DNA of 64,000 bases from a virus: the IMG/VR virus record IMGVR_UViG_3300038760_000073, positions 1 to 64,000 of that record. One strand, written 5' to 3'. The notes under the pieces were generated by a model. The model saw only the letters and a list, made by a program, of their open reading frames with translations. It was not told where the DNA came from and did not search any database. Below are positions 20,450-30,806 of this stretch, in pieces. The translations under genes and the position numbers were made by a program. Each line of letters starts with the position of its first letter. The first letter of the stretch is position 1.

Positions 20450-20574
20450 TCTTTAAATATATTAATAAAAAGATCGCAATTATCAATAGTTACTTTAACA
20501 ATTTTATCCTTATATTGTTAATGCTTTTTAAAATTGTTTCCGATAAATCCTTCAACACCTGTAATTATAATCAT
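20450..20574 (-). pseudogene. N-terminal remnant of SDR epimerase (HldD/RfaD-like)
   Basis: Reads MIIITGVEGFIGNNFKKH*QYKD; Rossmann start, premature stop, ATG coupled to the upstream TGA. Confidence 0.7.
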
Positions 20575-21161
20575 GAATTTATCTTTTTATTAATAGAAAA
20601 TTTCGCCATCTGCTCTCTACTTTTTGTCGAAGCAACAAGAATGTAATTACTTTTATTAGAATGAATATATTCCATTCGTATATTATAATCTTTATTTATT
20701 TCTTTAATCTTAGCAATTAGCTCAGGTATTGTATTATTAAAATAAAGGGGTATATCATCGATAATAATAGTACTTGCTTTATCTGCAAATAACTCTTTTA
20801 TTAAGGCTAATTCATCGAATGTAGGTACACCACCACCTTCGTCATGGGCATCAAGCCAAAACGTGGCGTCTGTATCAATAATAGGCAACAGCTTTTTAAA
20901 GAAATCCAAAGAACTAGAATGATCAATTCTTAGTACATCACATTTACTACTTAACTCTGATAAACAATGATCTACTCTCACTTTGTTAATATCACAGGAG
21001 TATAAATTTTTATAACCACCATTTATTGCATGAGTAAGGCTACCACCAAAATGACAGCCAGTTTCAATAAAGGTATTACTCTTAGATTTATAAGCTTTAA
21101 AAATACTAAAAGCATTTTTATTAACGGGATCTAAAGTTTTAAAATAATTTGCTGCTATCAT
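20571..21161 (-). CDS. Class I SAM-dependent methyltransferase-like protein
   Basis: FIETGCHFG, FWLDAH, IIIDD motifs. Confidence 0.75.
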   Translation of the reverse strand: MIAANYFKTLDPVNKNAFSIFKAYKSKSNTFIETGCHFGGSLTHAINGGYKNLYSCDINKVRVDHCLSELSSKCDVLRIDHSSSLDFFKKLLPIIDTDATFWLDAHDEGGGVPTFDELALIKELFADKASTIIIDDIPLYFNNTIPELIAKIKEINKDYNIRMEYIHSNKSNYILVASTKSREQMAKFSINKKINS

Positions 21162-21166
21162 AATTT

Positions 21167-22561
21167 TTAAAGGTTTAACCACTCTTCCTCAACTATACCA
21201 TAGTCACCATGCGATATATACAAATCCGGGTTAGACTTAGGATATATATCCACCCATTGTGGATCTATATTTTTTACATTTAAAGAGTCATTATGTATTA
21301 ATATTACATCATCTAAATGTATATAAACTACTGTATAGTTGAATTTTTCTCCTAATTCTTTTAAAGCTAGAGGACTAGCACCATACCACCTATCACCTCT
21401 CCAGAAATAATCTGCATGATATTTTTGTACTTTCTTAACATTAGGTTCAAATCGTACACAAGCTTCAATCATTATTACACGAGGTGTATACTTTTCTAAA
21501 ATAGAAGAAAGTAACCAATAATCGTTACCATCTATATCAATAGATATAAAATCAAAATGATTTTGTACTTTATATTTTTTAAAAGTATCACAGATATTTT
21601 CTTTAGTTAATTGCTCGTTATGTAAATTTATTTGAGGGTCTGAAGGCATAGAGGGATCACCCTCTAACAATAAACCATTCCACTTTTGCTGCGTTCTAAG
21701 AAAGTAGGTATTACTGCTTCTAACACCATCAACAGCTCCGAATTCAATAAAATATTTATTAGTAGTGCCTATTTTATTAAAAATATAATCTATATATGAA
21801 TCTTGACCTTTTTGCGATTGGCCTAAGATTTTACATTCAACTTCCTTAAAGTTTAAAAATTTTGGGTTATTATAATAGTGCCATGGTTTATTGAATAAAT
21901 GACTAACATTATCAAAGGTAATATTTTCAAATCTGCTATAACAAAATAATTTATCAGTTGTATCTAGTGTTTCAAGTATAAACAATAAACTTGTATCAAC
22001 AGTATGAATTTGAGATGCTTTTTCAAAAACCTTACACCAATCAAAAATTGTAAACCCGGGTATAGGTCTAAGCTCAACTATATTATCTAATTTACCTATA
22101 TCGATATGCTTGCAGACCTGCTGATTAGGTAGAGAGCCAAAAAACTTATTAACTAAGGTAAAATTAGATGGAGGATTTATTAGTTTAAATAGCTCATCTT
22201 CCTTTTCTGTATTTCTATTAAATTTTAAATATTTACTCCAATCACTAAATCCTAACCCTATAAATTTATATTTTGAATCCATCATACAAAGACCAGGGTA
22301 ATATTGATCTGCACTTTGTAATGGTAAAAATATATCTTCATTTACTTTTTTATATTCTTTTGAAGAATAAAATTCCTTTAAGGGAAAATTACTATCAAGC
22401 GAACAAAAATTTGGTCCTGAAATATAATCTCCTAGCCATTCTGCACAACCGTCTACTGGCCACCATACTTCATACCCATCGTTTAATAATTTATAAACAA
22501 TTTTTTGACAAAATAAAATATCCCCTATACCTGCAGGTTGTCTTATTAAACATTTTTTCAT
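21167..22561 (-). CDS. Glycosyltransferase-like domain fused to FkbM-type methyltransferase
   Basis: N-terminal GIGDILF..IHTVDTS; C-terminal SQKGQD, FIEFGAVDG, SIDIDGNDYW. Confidence 0.75.
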   Translation of the reverse strand: MKKCLIRQPAGIGDILFCQKIVYKLLNDGYEVWWPVDGCAEWLGDYISGPNFCSLDSNFPLKEFYSSKEYKKVNEDIFLPLQSADQYYPGLCMMDSKYKFIGLGFSDWSKYLKFNRNTEKEDELFKLINPPSNFTLVNKFFGSLPNQQVCKHIDIGKLDNIVELRPIPGFTIFDWCKVFEKASQIHTVDTSLLFILETLDTTDKLFCYSRFENITFDNVSHLFNKPWHYYNNPKFLNFKEVECKILGQSQKGQDSYIDYIFNKIGTTNKYFIEFGAVDGVRSSNTYFLRTQQKWNGLLLEGDPSMPSDPQINLHNEQLTKENICDTFKKYKVQNHFDFISIDIDGNDYWLLSSILEKYTPRVIMIEACVRFEPNVKKVQKYHADYFWRGDRWYGASPLALKELGEKFNYTVVYIHLDDVILIHNDSLNVKNIDPQWVDIYPKSNPDLYISHGDYGIVEEEWLNL

Positions 22562-23757
22562 TAGAAACGACTCTTTCTCTCAACAACCATTACAGGTCGT
22601 GAAGATAATCTTGCATAATTATATGCATCCACTACATCTTGTGATGTCTCCGGATCAAATATAGGGAAAGTAACCATTTCCCTAAAAGTGCTAGTAAAAT
22701 CTTGTGAATGTGTAGGGCCAGAATAAAAAGGACCCCCATCAGCTACAACCGTTCGTAATGTGATAGGTGTTTTAAATTCACCATGAGATATTCTCTCAAT
22801 ATAATTCATATGATTTCCAATTGCATCTGCTGCTACTAACATAAAATCATGACGTTCATAATATACTACCGGCTTAAATCCTTCAAAGGACATTCCTATA
22901 GCTAAACCTGCCATTAAATTTTCCGCTACTGGTGTTTCAAGTTTTTGATCATCTGGCACATTTGCAAGATTACCCATAGCATTTCCATATAAAACATTAT
23001 ACCCGATAAAGATAGTATTTTTATCTGCACCTAGACTATCCATACTATCATTAATAGCATCTTTATAACCACCGGTAAATTTATTTTTAGGTAATTTAAT
23101 ATTTTCGTCTTCCAATACAGGAAAATATTCATCATCAGTAAGTTTTGTAGCCTTAGATAAATCAATTATACCTGGAGTTCTAGCATGAGGGTACTTCGGA
23201 TCATAAACATACCGCTGTACACATTTAGGGTGGCTAGGTTCTAAAGCTTTACCCCATCTATCGATAGTAGGCGTATCAACTGATCGTCTATTATCTTCAA
23301 CAATAAAATTACAAGGTAAATCCCAACCATCAACATATCTTGCGGCCTCATGTAAATGCCCTGAATCTTCATTACCATCTCCTAAAAAGCACCACACCTT
23401 TTGTTTAGATTTTTTTCTTTTTAAAGCCCACGCTATACCAGCTGCAATAGCTGGTAACCCTCCAATAATAGCAGAAGTAAAGAAATTTCTTTCTCTATCA
23501 AAAATAAACATACTACGACCGTTTAATATACGATCTCTTACTGTGTTTTGGGGTATACCATGAAGTATTGCATGGTAATGATTTCTATGATTTGATAAAA
23601 CATAATCACCAGGTTTTATATCTTTAAATATCTTTACTAGTTCTTCTTCATTACCCCCGGATAGATGAAAAAGAAAGGGTAATTTATTTTGAAAGTAGAG
23701 GTCTACTATACTATCTTCAAAGTTAATTAAATCTTGCTCTGTAAGTTGGTTGCTCAT
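22561..23757 (-). CDS. ThDP-dependent enzyme, fused E1-alpha-like and truncated E1-beta-like domains
   Basis: HLSGGNEE, HRNH, GDG..EDN ThDP motif; ETPVAENLMAGLAIG, GPTHSQ; no beta C-terminal domain. Confidence 0.85.
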   Translation of the reverse strand: MSNQLTEQDLINFEDSIVDLYFQNKLPFLFHLSGGNEEELVKIFKDIKPGDYVLSNHRNHYHAILHGIPQNTVRDRILNGRSMFIFDRERNFFTSAIIGGLPAIAAGIAWALKRKKSKQKVWCFLGDGNEDSGHLHEAARYVDGWDLPCNFIVEDNRRSVDTPTIDRWGKALEPSHPKCVQRYVYDPKYPHARTPGIIDLSKATKLTDDEYFPVLEDENIKLPKNKFTGGYKDAINDSMDSLGADKNTIFIGYNVLYGNAMGNLANVPDDQKLETPVAENLMAGLAIGMSFEGFKPVVYYERHDFMLVAADAIGNHMNYIERISHGEFKTPITLRTVVADGGPFYSGPTHSQDFTSTFREMVTFPIFDPETSQDVVDAYNYARLSSRPVMVVERKSRF

Positions 23758-24779
23758 AAGTCTATTAGTATTCTGCCCGCCTGGCTCTGACGGATCAAAT
23801 CTAAAGCATCGTTTATATTATGTAATGAAGTTCTGTGAGTAATCAACGGATCAATATCTATCAACCCAGCTTCTGCTAACTTAATATAGCGAGGTATATC
23901 CTCTTGCGGGCAAGTTTTGCCACCTTGTGTAGCTCTTAGTAATTTACCCTTTCCAAAAAACATATCAACAGCATTAGGTATCTCTAGAGTTTTATTAGGT
24001 GGTAGATGACCCACCATAATATATCTACCCTTGTTAGATAATAGTGATATAGCTTCTGATATTAACTCTGCTGATCCTACTGTATCAGTAATAATATCAA
24101 CATCCTGTAAGTGATTACTAAATTTACTTTCTGTTAAATTAATAAAATGAGTAGCACCTAATTTCATAGCTATATCCTTTTTATTATTATTGATATCAAC
24201 AGCATAAATAGGATAACAGCAATTCATTTTAGCACCCTGTATTAAGTTTAACCCAACACCACCACAGCCTATAACCATTAAGCTCTCACCAAATTTTACA
24301 TCACATTCGTTATTAACTACACCTAAACCTGTAGTTAATCCACAACCTAAAAGAGCTCCTAGATCTTTGTTTGTATTTGAACTTACCTTTGTAAGTCTAT
24401 TTTCAGATATAATAGCATATTCAGCAAACGTGGTAACTTTACCCCCTCCAATCCGAATACCTTTACATTTATATGTTGGAAAGGGGGCCTCGATACCCTC
24501 ACCTACCATCCAATGAGCGACTACACTATCATCAGGCTTTAAAGTAGTTACACCAGGCCCTATCTCAACTACATTACCGGAGCCTTCATGTCCCATCATA
24601 TGAGGCATAAATTTAGCATTACCCTTATGACCTTTTATTTCTAAAAGTTGAGCCCCACATATACCACTAGCATGTAATTTAATTAGAACTTGTCCTACAT
24701 CTAGAGGCTTATCTATTTCAACCTCTTCAACTATAAGGGGGTTATCTACTTTGTATGCTATTGCTGCTTTAAATTTCAT
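23754..24779 (-). CDS. Zinc-dependent alcohol dehydrogenase (MDR family)
   Basis: GICGAQ, GHEGSG, LLGCG, GCGGVG motifs. Confidence 0.9.
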   Translation of the reverse strand: MKFKAAIAYKVDNPLIVEEVEIDKPLDVGQVLIKLHASGICGAQLLEIKGHKGNAKFMPHMMGHEGSGNVVEIGPGVTTLKPDDSVVAHWMVGEGIEAPFPTYKCKGIRIGGGKVTTFAEYAIISENRLTKVSSNTNKDLGALLGCGLTTGLGVVNNECDVKFGESLMVIGCGGVGLNLIQGAKMNCCYPIYAVDINNNKKDIAMKLGATHFINLTESKFSNHLQDVDIITDTVGSAELISEAISLLSNKGRYIMVGHLPPNKTLEIPNAVDMFFGKGKLLRATQGGKTCPQEDIPRYIKLAEAGLIDIDPLITHRTSLHNINDALDLIRQSQAGRILIDL

Positions 24780-25591
24780 TTAAATAAAAATCTATAATTA
24801 TTATAGATCCAATCTTCCGGAATTCTATATTTTTCTACCAATTTAAAGTTATTGGCTACGGCTGCTTTTTTAGACTCGAATATAGCCTCACCGTTAACTT
24901 TAAGATCTTCTAATATCTCACCTAATTCTTCTTGGTTGTTAAAATATATAATACCATCCTCGTCGAAAAAATCACTCACAGAATCATCACCCCAAAAAAT
25001 AGGTATTGTTTTGGTAGCAAAACAATCAACAATTTTCTCTGTCCAATATCCAGGTTGTCTACAATTTTCTATAGTTACAGAATACATATACTTGGATAAT
25101 GAATCTTCTTTATTTTCTACAGGGTTATAACCATATCCAAACACTTCTATATCTGTAAACTTATCAATTACTTTATGTCTTAACTGATGACCTTCAGTGA
25201 AGTTCTTTGATGATGCAATAATAGAAACTTTATTATCTTTATGCATATCTACGTAATTATTAATCCAACATCTACCATGTGGATAATAGAGGTAGTTCTG
25301 ACCTTTGCTTATAAGATTTTCATCAAAAGTTAAAACAAAATCAAACAATCGATTATTTTTCTCTATCCATTCATAATATTGCGGGTGAATTGCTCGTGGT
25401 TCTAAAATCCATGCTACCTTCCGCTTAATACCGGAAGCTTTATGAATATCATTCAAGCACATATCCGTAATAAAGCAAGTATCACTAACAGGGGTGTTTG
25501 TAAAATTCCACTTTACATGCTTGTTAATACCTTTATGACATGACGACGGTTCACCACCGAAATTTTTATCTCTAATATTTATTTCTACCAC
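24776..25591 (-). CDS. GT10 (fucosyltransferase-like) glycosyltransferase
   Basis: YMYSVTIENCRQPGYWTEKIVDCFATKTIPIFWG motif. Confidence 0.85.
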   Translation of the reverse strand: MVEINIRDKNFGGEPSSCHKGINKHVKWNFTNTPVSDTCFITDMCLNDIHKASGIKRKVAWILEPRAIHPQYYEWIEKNNRLFDFVLTFDENLISKGQNYLYYPHGRCWINNYVDMHKDNKVSIIASSKNFTEGHQLRHKVIDKFTDIEVFGYGYNPVENKEDSLSKYMYSVTIENCRQPGYWTEKIVDCFATKTIPIFWGDDSVSDFFDEDGIIYFNNQEELGEILEDLKVNGEAIFESKKAAVANNFKLVEKYRIPEDWIYNNYRFLFK

Positions 25592-27189
25592 GATTCTATA
25601 TATGTCTCCATCTGTTTTTTATTAAATCTCTCAACCTTCTGAACCAACTGTTCGTTATGCTTATAAAATTTATGATTGCTCTTATCGGTTAACGCTACTT
25701 TATATGAATCTTCATGAGGTAAGTGAAATAGAAAGTATTTACTATCTGTTGAAGTGACGCTAGTAACTGTCTTACCTAATATTTTAGCTCGTGATATAAT
25801 CTCATTATCTTCATATCCCCAACCTTTAAAGTTTGGATTAAACCCGTTTATATCTTTAAATGTATTACGCTTAGCAATAAGGCAACCACCAACAGCATTT
25901 ACATTACCAACTGTATATAAATCAGTCGTATAAAGATTTCTAATATTAGATACATCTACGGTTGATTGCAAATGTTCAAACAGCTTAGGTATATTACCGT
26001 TTGCAGATCCCGTACCGGTAATCTGTTTTTTAAGTTTATATTCAGCATAAATTGCTACCCCATTATACCCTATACAAATAGAATTGTCTATATTACTAAT
26101 CGTCTCTATAGATCTAGATAAACTATCAATACTAACAATACAATCTATATCTAAAAAGCAAACTATATTATTAATAGCATTCTCAAGACCTATATTATAA
26201 CCTATACATTTATTATAAATAGCATCACTTTTGTGAAAAATATACTGATCGTTACCCCGTACAATATGTTCTATAGTTTTTTCCGGCCCATCTTCTACAA
26301 ATACAAATTCACAATTTGGATATATTGCCTTATAGTAGTTATAAATAATTTTAAAATTCTTTCTACGCTCTTCTGTATCTTCTCTATAATGTACAACAAA
26401 CGATATAGGCTCCGTAGGCTTGCGTATCTTTAATATATTTAAAACTTCTGTTAAATTTAAATTCGGTACCCCTACAGGACTTACACCATGCTTCTCTAGA
26501 AAGACCTTCGCAGCTTTTTGAATATTACTCTGCCAGTCCTGCCTGGGCCTAATAGATGAGCTATGTTCTGAACATGCTTGTTCGTTTACGTAATCTAAAC
26601 TGTTTGGTATATCTGCCCACCACCAGTAAGGTGTACTATAACCTGCTTTAGCTAATCTGTAAGAATGCTCCACATGTTCAAAAGCATTTACTAGCTTCTC
26701 ATCATATAAACCTACATTCTCTAAGCATTCTCTAGTATAAAAAGTAACTGCCCCAACACAATGTAAATTGAGAGCTACTTTAATATCACCATAGTCAATA
26801 ATTTTTCTAGGTTTAGGAGGACCTCCACTAACACCACCCTTATTTGCCGGTCCATGATAACCAAACATAAAGTGATGTATACCTGTTTTTTTATGAGCTG
26901 CTATATATGCCTTAAATAGGTTATCTGTAAATACCATATCATCCTCTACAAGAATAATATACTCACACCCATTATCTAACAAGCATTTTATTGCGAGATT
27001 TTTAGCATGACCAACTCCTTTACCACCACTGTTAATAACAATATCATCTGAGGAACGAGTTACCGGTATATTACCATCATCTACGGTTATAATTTTATCA
27101 TACCACCCCGGCTTAATTGAGTTAATGCATTTATTATAAAAGGCCGGCCTATCACATGTTATAACTGCGCACCCAACCTTCTCACTCAT
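25585..27189 (-). CDS. Two-domain glycosyltransferase (GT2 plus GT7-like)
   Basis: VEDDM and FLDIDC DxD motifs; INGFNPNFKGWGYED. Confidence 0.85.
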   Translation of the reverse strand: MSEKVGCAVITCDRPAFYNKCINSIKPGWYDKIITVDDGNIPVTRSSDDIVINSGGKGVGHAKNLAIKCLLDNGCEYIILVEDDMVFTDNLFKAYIAAHKKTGIHHFMFGYHGPANKGGVSGGPPKPRKIIDYGDIKVALNLHCVGAVTFYTRECLENVGLYDEKLVNAFEHVEHSYRLAKAGYSTPYWWWADIPNSLDYVNEQACSEHSSSIRPRQDWQSNIQKAAKVFLEKHGVSPVGVPNLNLTEVLNILKIRKPTEPISFVVHYREDTEERRKNFKIIYNYYKAIYPNCEFVFVEDGPEKTIEHIVRGNDQYIFHKSDAIYNKCIGYNIGLENAINNIVCFLDIDCIVSIDSLSRSIETISNIDNSICIGYNGVAIYAEYKLKKQITGTGSANGNIPKLFEHLQSTVDVSNIRNLYTTDLYTVGNVNAVGGCLIAKRNTFKDINGFNPNFKGWGYEDNEIISRAKILGKTVTSVTSTDSKYFLFHLPHEDSYKVALTDKSNHKFYKHNEQLVQKVERFNKKQMETYIESW

Positions 27190-27230
27190 TATAATATATA
27201 ATGAGAGTTATGCATAATTCAACTGCATTC

Positions 27231-27422
27231 CTACTGCTTGTGCCTGTTTTCCATATTTGAATAATATTGCGGATCTTCAACGAGATGCTGCTTTGCTATA
27301 ATTTTAGCAATCGATTTATATGGTGTATGTTCTAGCTCAACTTGTATACCTTTAATTAACTCCTCAGGATCAAACTGTAGTGTATCATCTATAGGTTTAA
27401 AAAAATTCTTAAAAGCTCTCAT
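27231..27422 (-). CDS. DUF5661-like small protein
   Basis: KGIQVELEHT..AKIIAKQHLVEDPQYY motif; TATAAATA-N5-ATG. Confidence 0.7.
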   Translation of the reverse strand: MRAFKNFFKPIDDTLQFDPEELIKGIQVELEHTPYKSIAKIIAKQHLVEDPQYYSNMENRHKQ

Positions 27423-27427
27423 ATTTT

Positions 27428-27459
27428 TATTTATAAACGAAACAAATAGACTATAAATA
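27428..27459. promoter_or_regulatory. Back-to-back T4-type late promoters
   Basis: TATAAATA at 27452-27459 (+) and 27435-27428 (-), each exactly 5 nt before an ATG. Confidence 0.8.
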
Positions 27460-27464
27460 TTGTT

Positions 27465-29141
27465 ATGCCTTATATCGACGATGATAAGTTAATTTATAAT
27501 ATACGAGAATTGCCGGAATCGTTTTCAATAACATCAGGGGACCTACTAGTAGTTGAAGATACAGAAGGAACAAAGACAATTGATTTTGATAATATCATAA
27601 TTGGATTAGATAATACTACTTTTGGTACCACCATCACTCAAAACGCTACAGATATTGTTGCTCTCTCTGCAACTAATAATAATCTTACAACAGCTATAGC
27701 TACAAACACTGCAAATATACTATCTTTGTCCGCGAATACTGTTGTCGTAACAAATGAGACTGAGTTAATAGCGGCGGTAGCTGCCGCTGAACCCCACATA
27801 ACATTCGCAGCCGTGATAACGTTAACGTCCAAGATCGTCGTCCCGGTAGGCACGACCCTGAAGATGCAAAACGGAACAGGTATTGACTTTCAGAACGCAC
27901 TGGACATGATGGAGTTTAATGGTGGAATTGATGTACCTGGGGATCACCAGGTATTCTTCAACACTCTACCATACCCCATGACCGGGATCAACATTGACGG
28001 GCCGGGCAGTCTTGTGGGTTCTTTTCATGGAACTAGACACGCAGGGTGGTGGGGACCGGCAGCTCTTGGAGGGGACCAAACTGACCAAAACGCACTGCAA
28101 TGCGCCGTCGACTCCGGCTTGATTTCCCGCGGCCATCCTGGCTTCCCTGATGTGCTCTATGGAGCCACCGCGTTTGAGGTGTATGCTCCTTTAGCCACTT
28201 ACTCAATGACAGACACTCTATGGTTTACAAATCGTAGATTGCGGTTTAGGGGAGACCTTTATACCCAGCTTAGGTTTAATATCCCCGCTGGATCTCAGGA
28301 CGCATGCATTGATATGTCGGACACAATAGCCTGGAATAATGTGTGGGACACTCAGCTGGTAGGATTTAGAATGAGCGACGACAGCACTAGGACCGACCTT
28401 ATTGGGATCAAGGGAAGCCTACTGGAAGAACGGTCTAAAATATCGGATATACATATTGCCAGTTATGGTTCTCATGGGATCTGGATGGCAAACGGCGGTG
28501 GAAATACAGGTCTGATCGAGAACTGTAATATAACAGGTCCCAAGTCCGATAAGCCAGTCGGAATTAGGATTACTGGGCTTAATGGGTCAATCACAGTTCG
28601 AAACTGCGCAGTAGTAAACCCTAATACTTACATCGCTTTTTGGCAGGACAGGAACGGCCAAGGGCCTGTTACTTTTATTAACTGCCATGAAGAGAGCGCT
28701 GACATTGGATATTTAATTGGACCGGACCCAGCAGTGCAACCAGCTTCTGTTGTTGTCACTACCGATCGGCAATCCAAGACAAGTATTATTGACTGCACGT
28801 CAAACACTAAGCATTCCGGAGAGCGTGCCGTTTGGATCACGTCAGGTACCGCAACGGTAAGGGTGTGTAACTTAAAATGCGAAAATAGCGACATAAATTC
28901 TATAATTCTTGATGACTATTGGCTTAACAATGGTGGAGCTAGCGATGAGTTTATCCCTCTTTCTTCAAGCCCGACCGGTCTTCCCTCTCATGCTGCTATC
29001 TCGGAGTTTAGGAGATGGCCAGTTATAGCATCTAGGTCGGCATCCTCTTATCGCAGGCCAAGCGACCCTACATTTGGAGTTGCTGCAAGTTATGGCGGCT
29101 GGAGAGTCCACCACATATTGGACTTATACGGAAACTGGTAA
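27465..29141 (+). CDS. Tail spike/depolymerase-like protein (pectin-lyase-type beta-helix)
   Basis: AT-rich N-terminal anchor plus coiled coil, then a GC-rich region with WWG..DQTDQNALQCAVD and beta-helix-like repeats. Confidence 0.72.
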   Translation: MPYIDDDKLIYNIRELPESFSITSGDLLVVEDTEGTKTIDFDNIIIGLDNTTFGTTITQNATDIVALSATNNNLTTAIATNTANILSLSANTVVVTNETELIAAVAAAEPHITFAAVITLTSKIVVPVGTTLKMQNGTGIDFQNALDMMEFNGGIDVPGDHQVFFNTLPYPMTGINIDGPGSLVGSFHGTRHAGWWGPAALGGDQTDQNALQCAVDSGLISRGHPGFPDVLYGATAFEVYAPLATYSMTDTLWFTNRRLRFRGDLYTQLRFNIPAGSQDACIDMSDTIAWNNVWDTQLVGFRMSDDSTRTDLIGIKGSLLEERSKISDIHIASYGSHGIWMANGGGNTGLIENCNITGPKSDKPVGIRITGLNGSITVRNCAVVNPNTYIAFWQDRNGQGPVTFINCHEESADIGYLIGPDPAVQPASVVVTTDRQSKTSIIDCTSNTKHSGERAVWITSGTATVRVCNLKCENSDINSIILDDYWLNNGGASDEFIPLSSSPTGLPSHAAISEFRRWPVIASRSASSYRRPSDPTFGVAASYGGWRVHHILDLYGNW

Positions 29142-29247
29142 AATGGTCTTACCTAATCAGGACTAGCACAAAATATTCCTGTTCTGCATGGTACCTTTGT
29201 ATTGACTAATGCATGCATCCGTAGTAACGTATTTGACACAAGTTATA

Positions 29248-29997
29248 TCACGTATTAGGAGATGACACCGGTAAATGAAACTTCTTAAGGAGCTCTTGTT
29301 GAGCCTCTTCACCCTCTTGAGCTGCTTTTTGCTGCATTACCAATTTCTCTAGATCTGCAATATTGTCTGGGTTGAGAATAGAATCTTCATCACCATACAT
29401 ATCACCTTCTGGTGTTACATATTCTTGAATAATATCAATTCTTTCTTGTTGTGTATGTGGTAGCTTAATTACACATGGTGAATCCCCTTTAGGAAAGAAT
29501 ATATCTGCATCTAAATTTTGAGTATATTGTTGAAAGATTGATTCAAATATATTATCAACCTCAACAATGTGATTTTTATTTGTGTCTCTTTGACCATCCT
29601 CAACTGGATCCAACTTACGGTTATATTTGCAAAGAAATACTATATCTAAAAATCTCATAGACTCCCTAACAATATTAATCTGATCAGTAATAAACCCATC
29701 ATCAAACCCGTCGTTACCTCTCTCACTAGACCAAATAGTGTATGCTAATACATCTAACGGGCACCTATCATATATAATGTTATCATCTACCTTGGTTTGT
29801 AACATTTGATCAACCATAGAATCTAATATCATTTTTTGCGTGCTAGGTATAGTTTTTGAGGAGTGTTGAATATTATCTACCTTAAGTTTTTCCCTATATG
29901 TTGATTTAGGGTTAATATAATTTGTCCAAGTATGTAAAAAACTACGAACTAGTGTAGATTTACCTGTATTTTGAGCTCCGGAAATTGCAATTCTCAT
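29248..29997 (-). CDS. P-loop kinase/ATPase (AAA_28, NadR-like)
   Basis: IAISGAQNTGKSTL and DRCPLD motifs. Confidence 0.8.
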   Translation of the reverse strand: MRIAISGAQNTGKSTLVRSFLHTWTNYINPKSTYREKLKVDNIQHSSKTIPSTQKMILDSMVDQMLQTKVDDNIIYDRCPLDVLAYTIWSSERGNDGFDDGFITDQINIVRESMRFLDIVFLCKYNRKLDPVEDGQRDTNKNHIVEVDNIFESIFQQYTQNLDADIFFPKGDSPCVIKLPHTQQERIDIIQEYVTPEGDMYGDEDSILNPDNIADLEKLVMQQKAAQEGEEAQQELLKKFHLPVSSPNT

Positions 29998-30035
29998 ATT
30001 TTTAATTTGTTATATTATAATCTGGTACATTAAAT

Positions 30036-30806
30036 TTAGACACGAAGGGCTTTATCCCACAGAAGTAAATGAAGTCTAGGCGAAAAATTTACATTCATCG
30101 ATTTAGCATATTCTGCTACAACCTCTGCCTTTTCAATGTGCTCATCTCTCGAGCCGCAGCAAGGCATAAACCATACTCTATTAAGAGGTACGTTAATATT
30201 CTTACTATCATTAATAAATTTACGCCAAATTTCATCGACATCCTCTGACCATGTTATAACAAATTTAAACCCGGATCCATTATCTTTATGCCATCTTAAA
30301 ACCTCAGGCTTATAAGTGCTCTCTGTAGGGTCTCCATTGGATGTGAGTTTAGGTGAGGTAGTAAAAGTGGCTTTATAATTATCAACCCATTCATTATCTG
30401 GTAAAATTGTAGCATTTGTCTCAAAATCAATTCGCGGTAAAAATTTATATCGTTCTATAAATGCTGCTGTAAACTTAAGCAATTGTTTTTGCCTTACCAT
30501 AGGTTCTCCACCAGTATATTTAAAAATGGCACCCGCTTTAAGATGTTCGATATATTTATTAGTTTCTAGCAAGGTAAAGAGATCGTTAAACGTCACTTTA
30601 TTTTTTTTAGACCAGGATATATAGGAATCACAGCCATATGGTGCATCCTCCGATATAAAACCTTTACATGTTAAGTTGCAGCCAAACAGTCTAAGAAAAA
30701 CAGATGGTCTACCTATAAATTCTCCTTCCCCCTCAATCGTGTAAAATACTTCTGGGATTTTATTTTCTCCAGCTAGTAGCAAATACTCTTTATCGCAATC
30801 TATCAT
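30036..30806 (-). CDS. queE: 7-carboxy-7-deazaguanine synthase (radical SAM)
   Basis: EVFYTIEGEG, PSVFLRLFGCNLTC, TGGEP, FETN, SPKL, SPRLH motifs. Confidence 0.9.
   Translation of the reverse strand: MIDCDKEYLLLAGENKIPEVFYTIEGEGEFIGRPSVFLRLFGCNLTCKGFISEDAPYGCDSYISWSKKNKVTFNDLFTLLETNKYIEHLKAGAIFKYTGGEPMVRQKQLLKFTAAFIERYKFLPRIDFETNATILPDNEWVDNYKATFTTSPKLTSNGDPTESTYKPEVLRWHKDNGSGFKFVITWSEDVDEIWRKFINDSKNINVPLNRVWFMPCCGSRDEHIEKAEVVAEYAKSMNVNFSPRLHLLLWDKALRV

Noticed and set aside
20321-20574. Stop-codon reassignment
   Set aside because: Both TAG and TAA interrupt these fragments, which are also truncated; core genes are intact in the standard code.
22561-23757. Pyruvate dehydrogenase auxiliary metabolic gene
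   Set aside because: The beta part is truncated, no E2 or E3 is present, and the context is a glycan locus.
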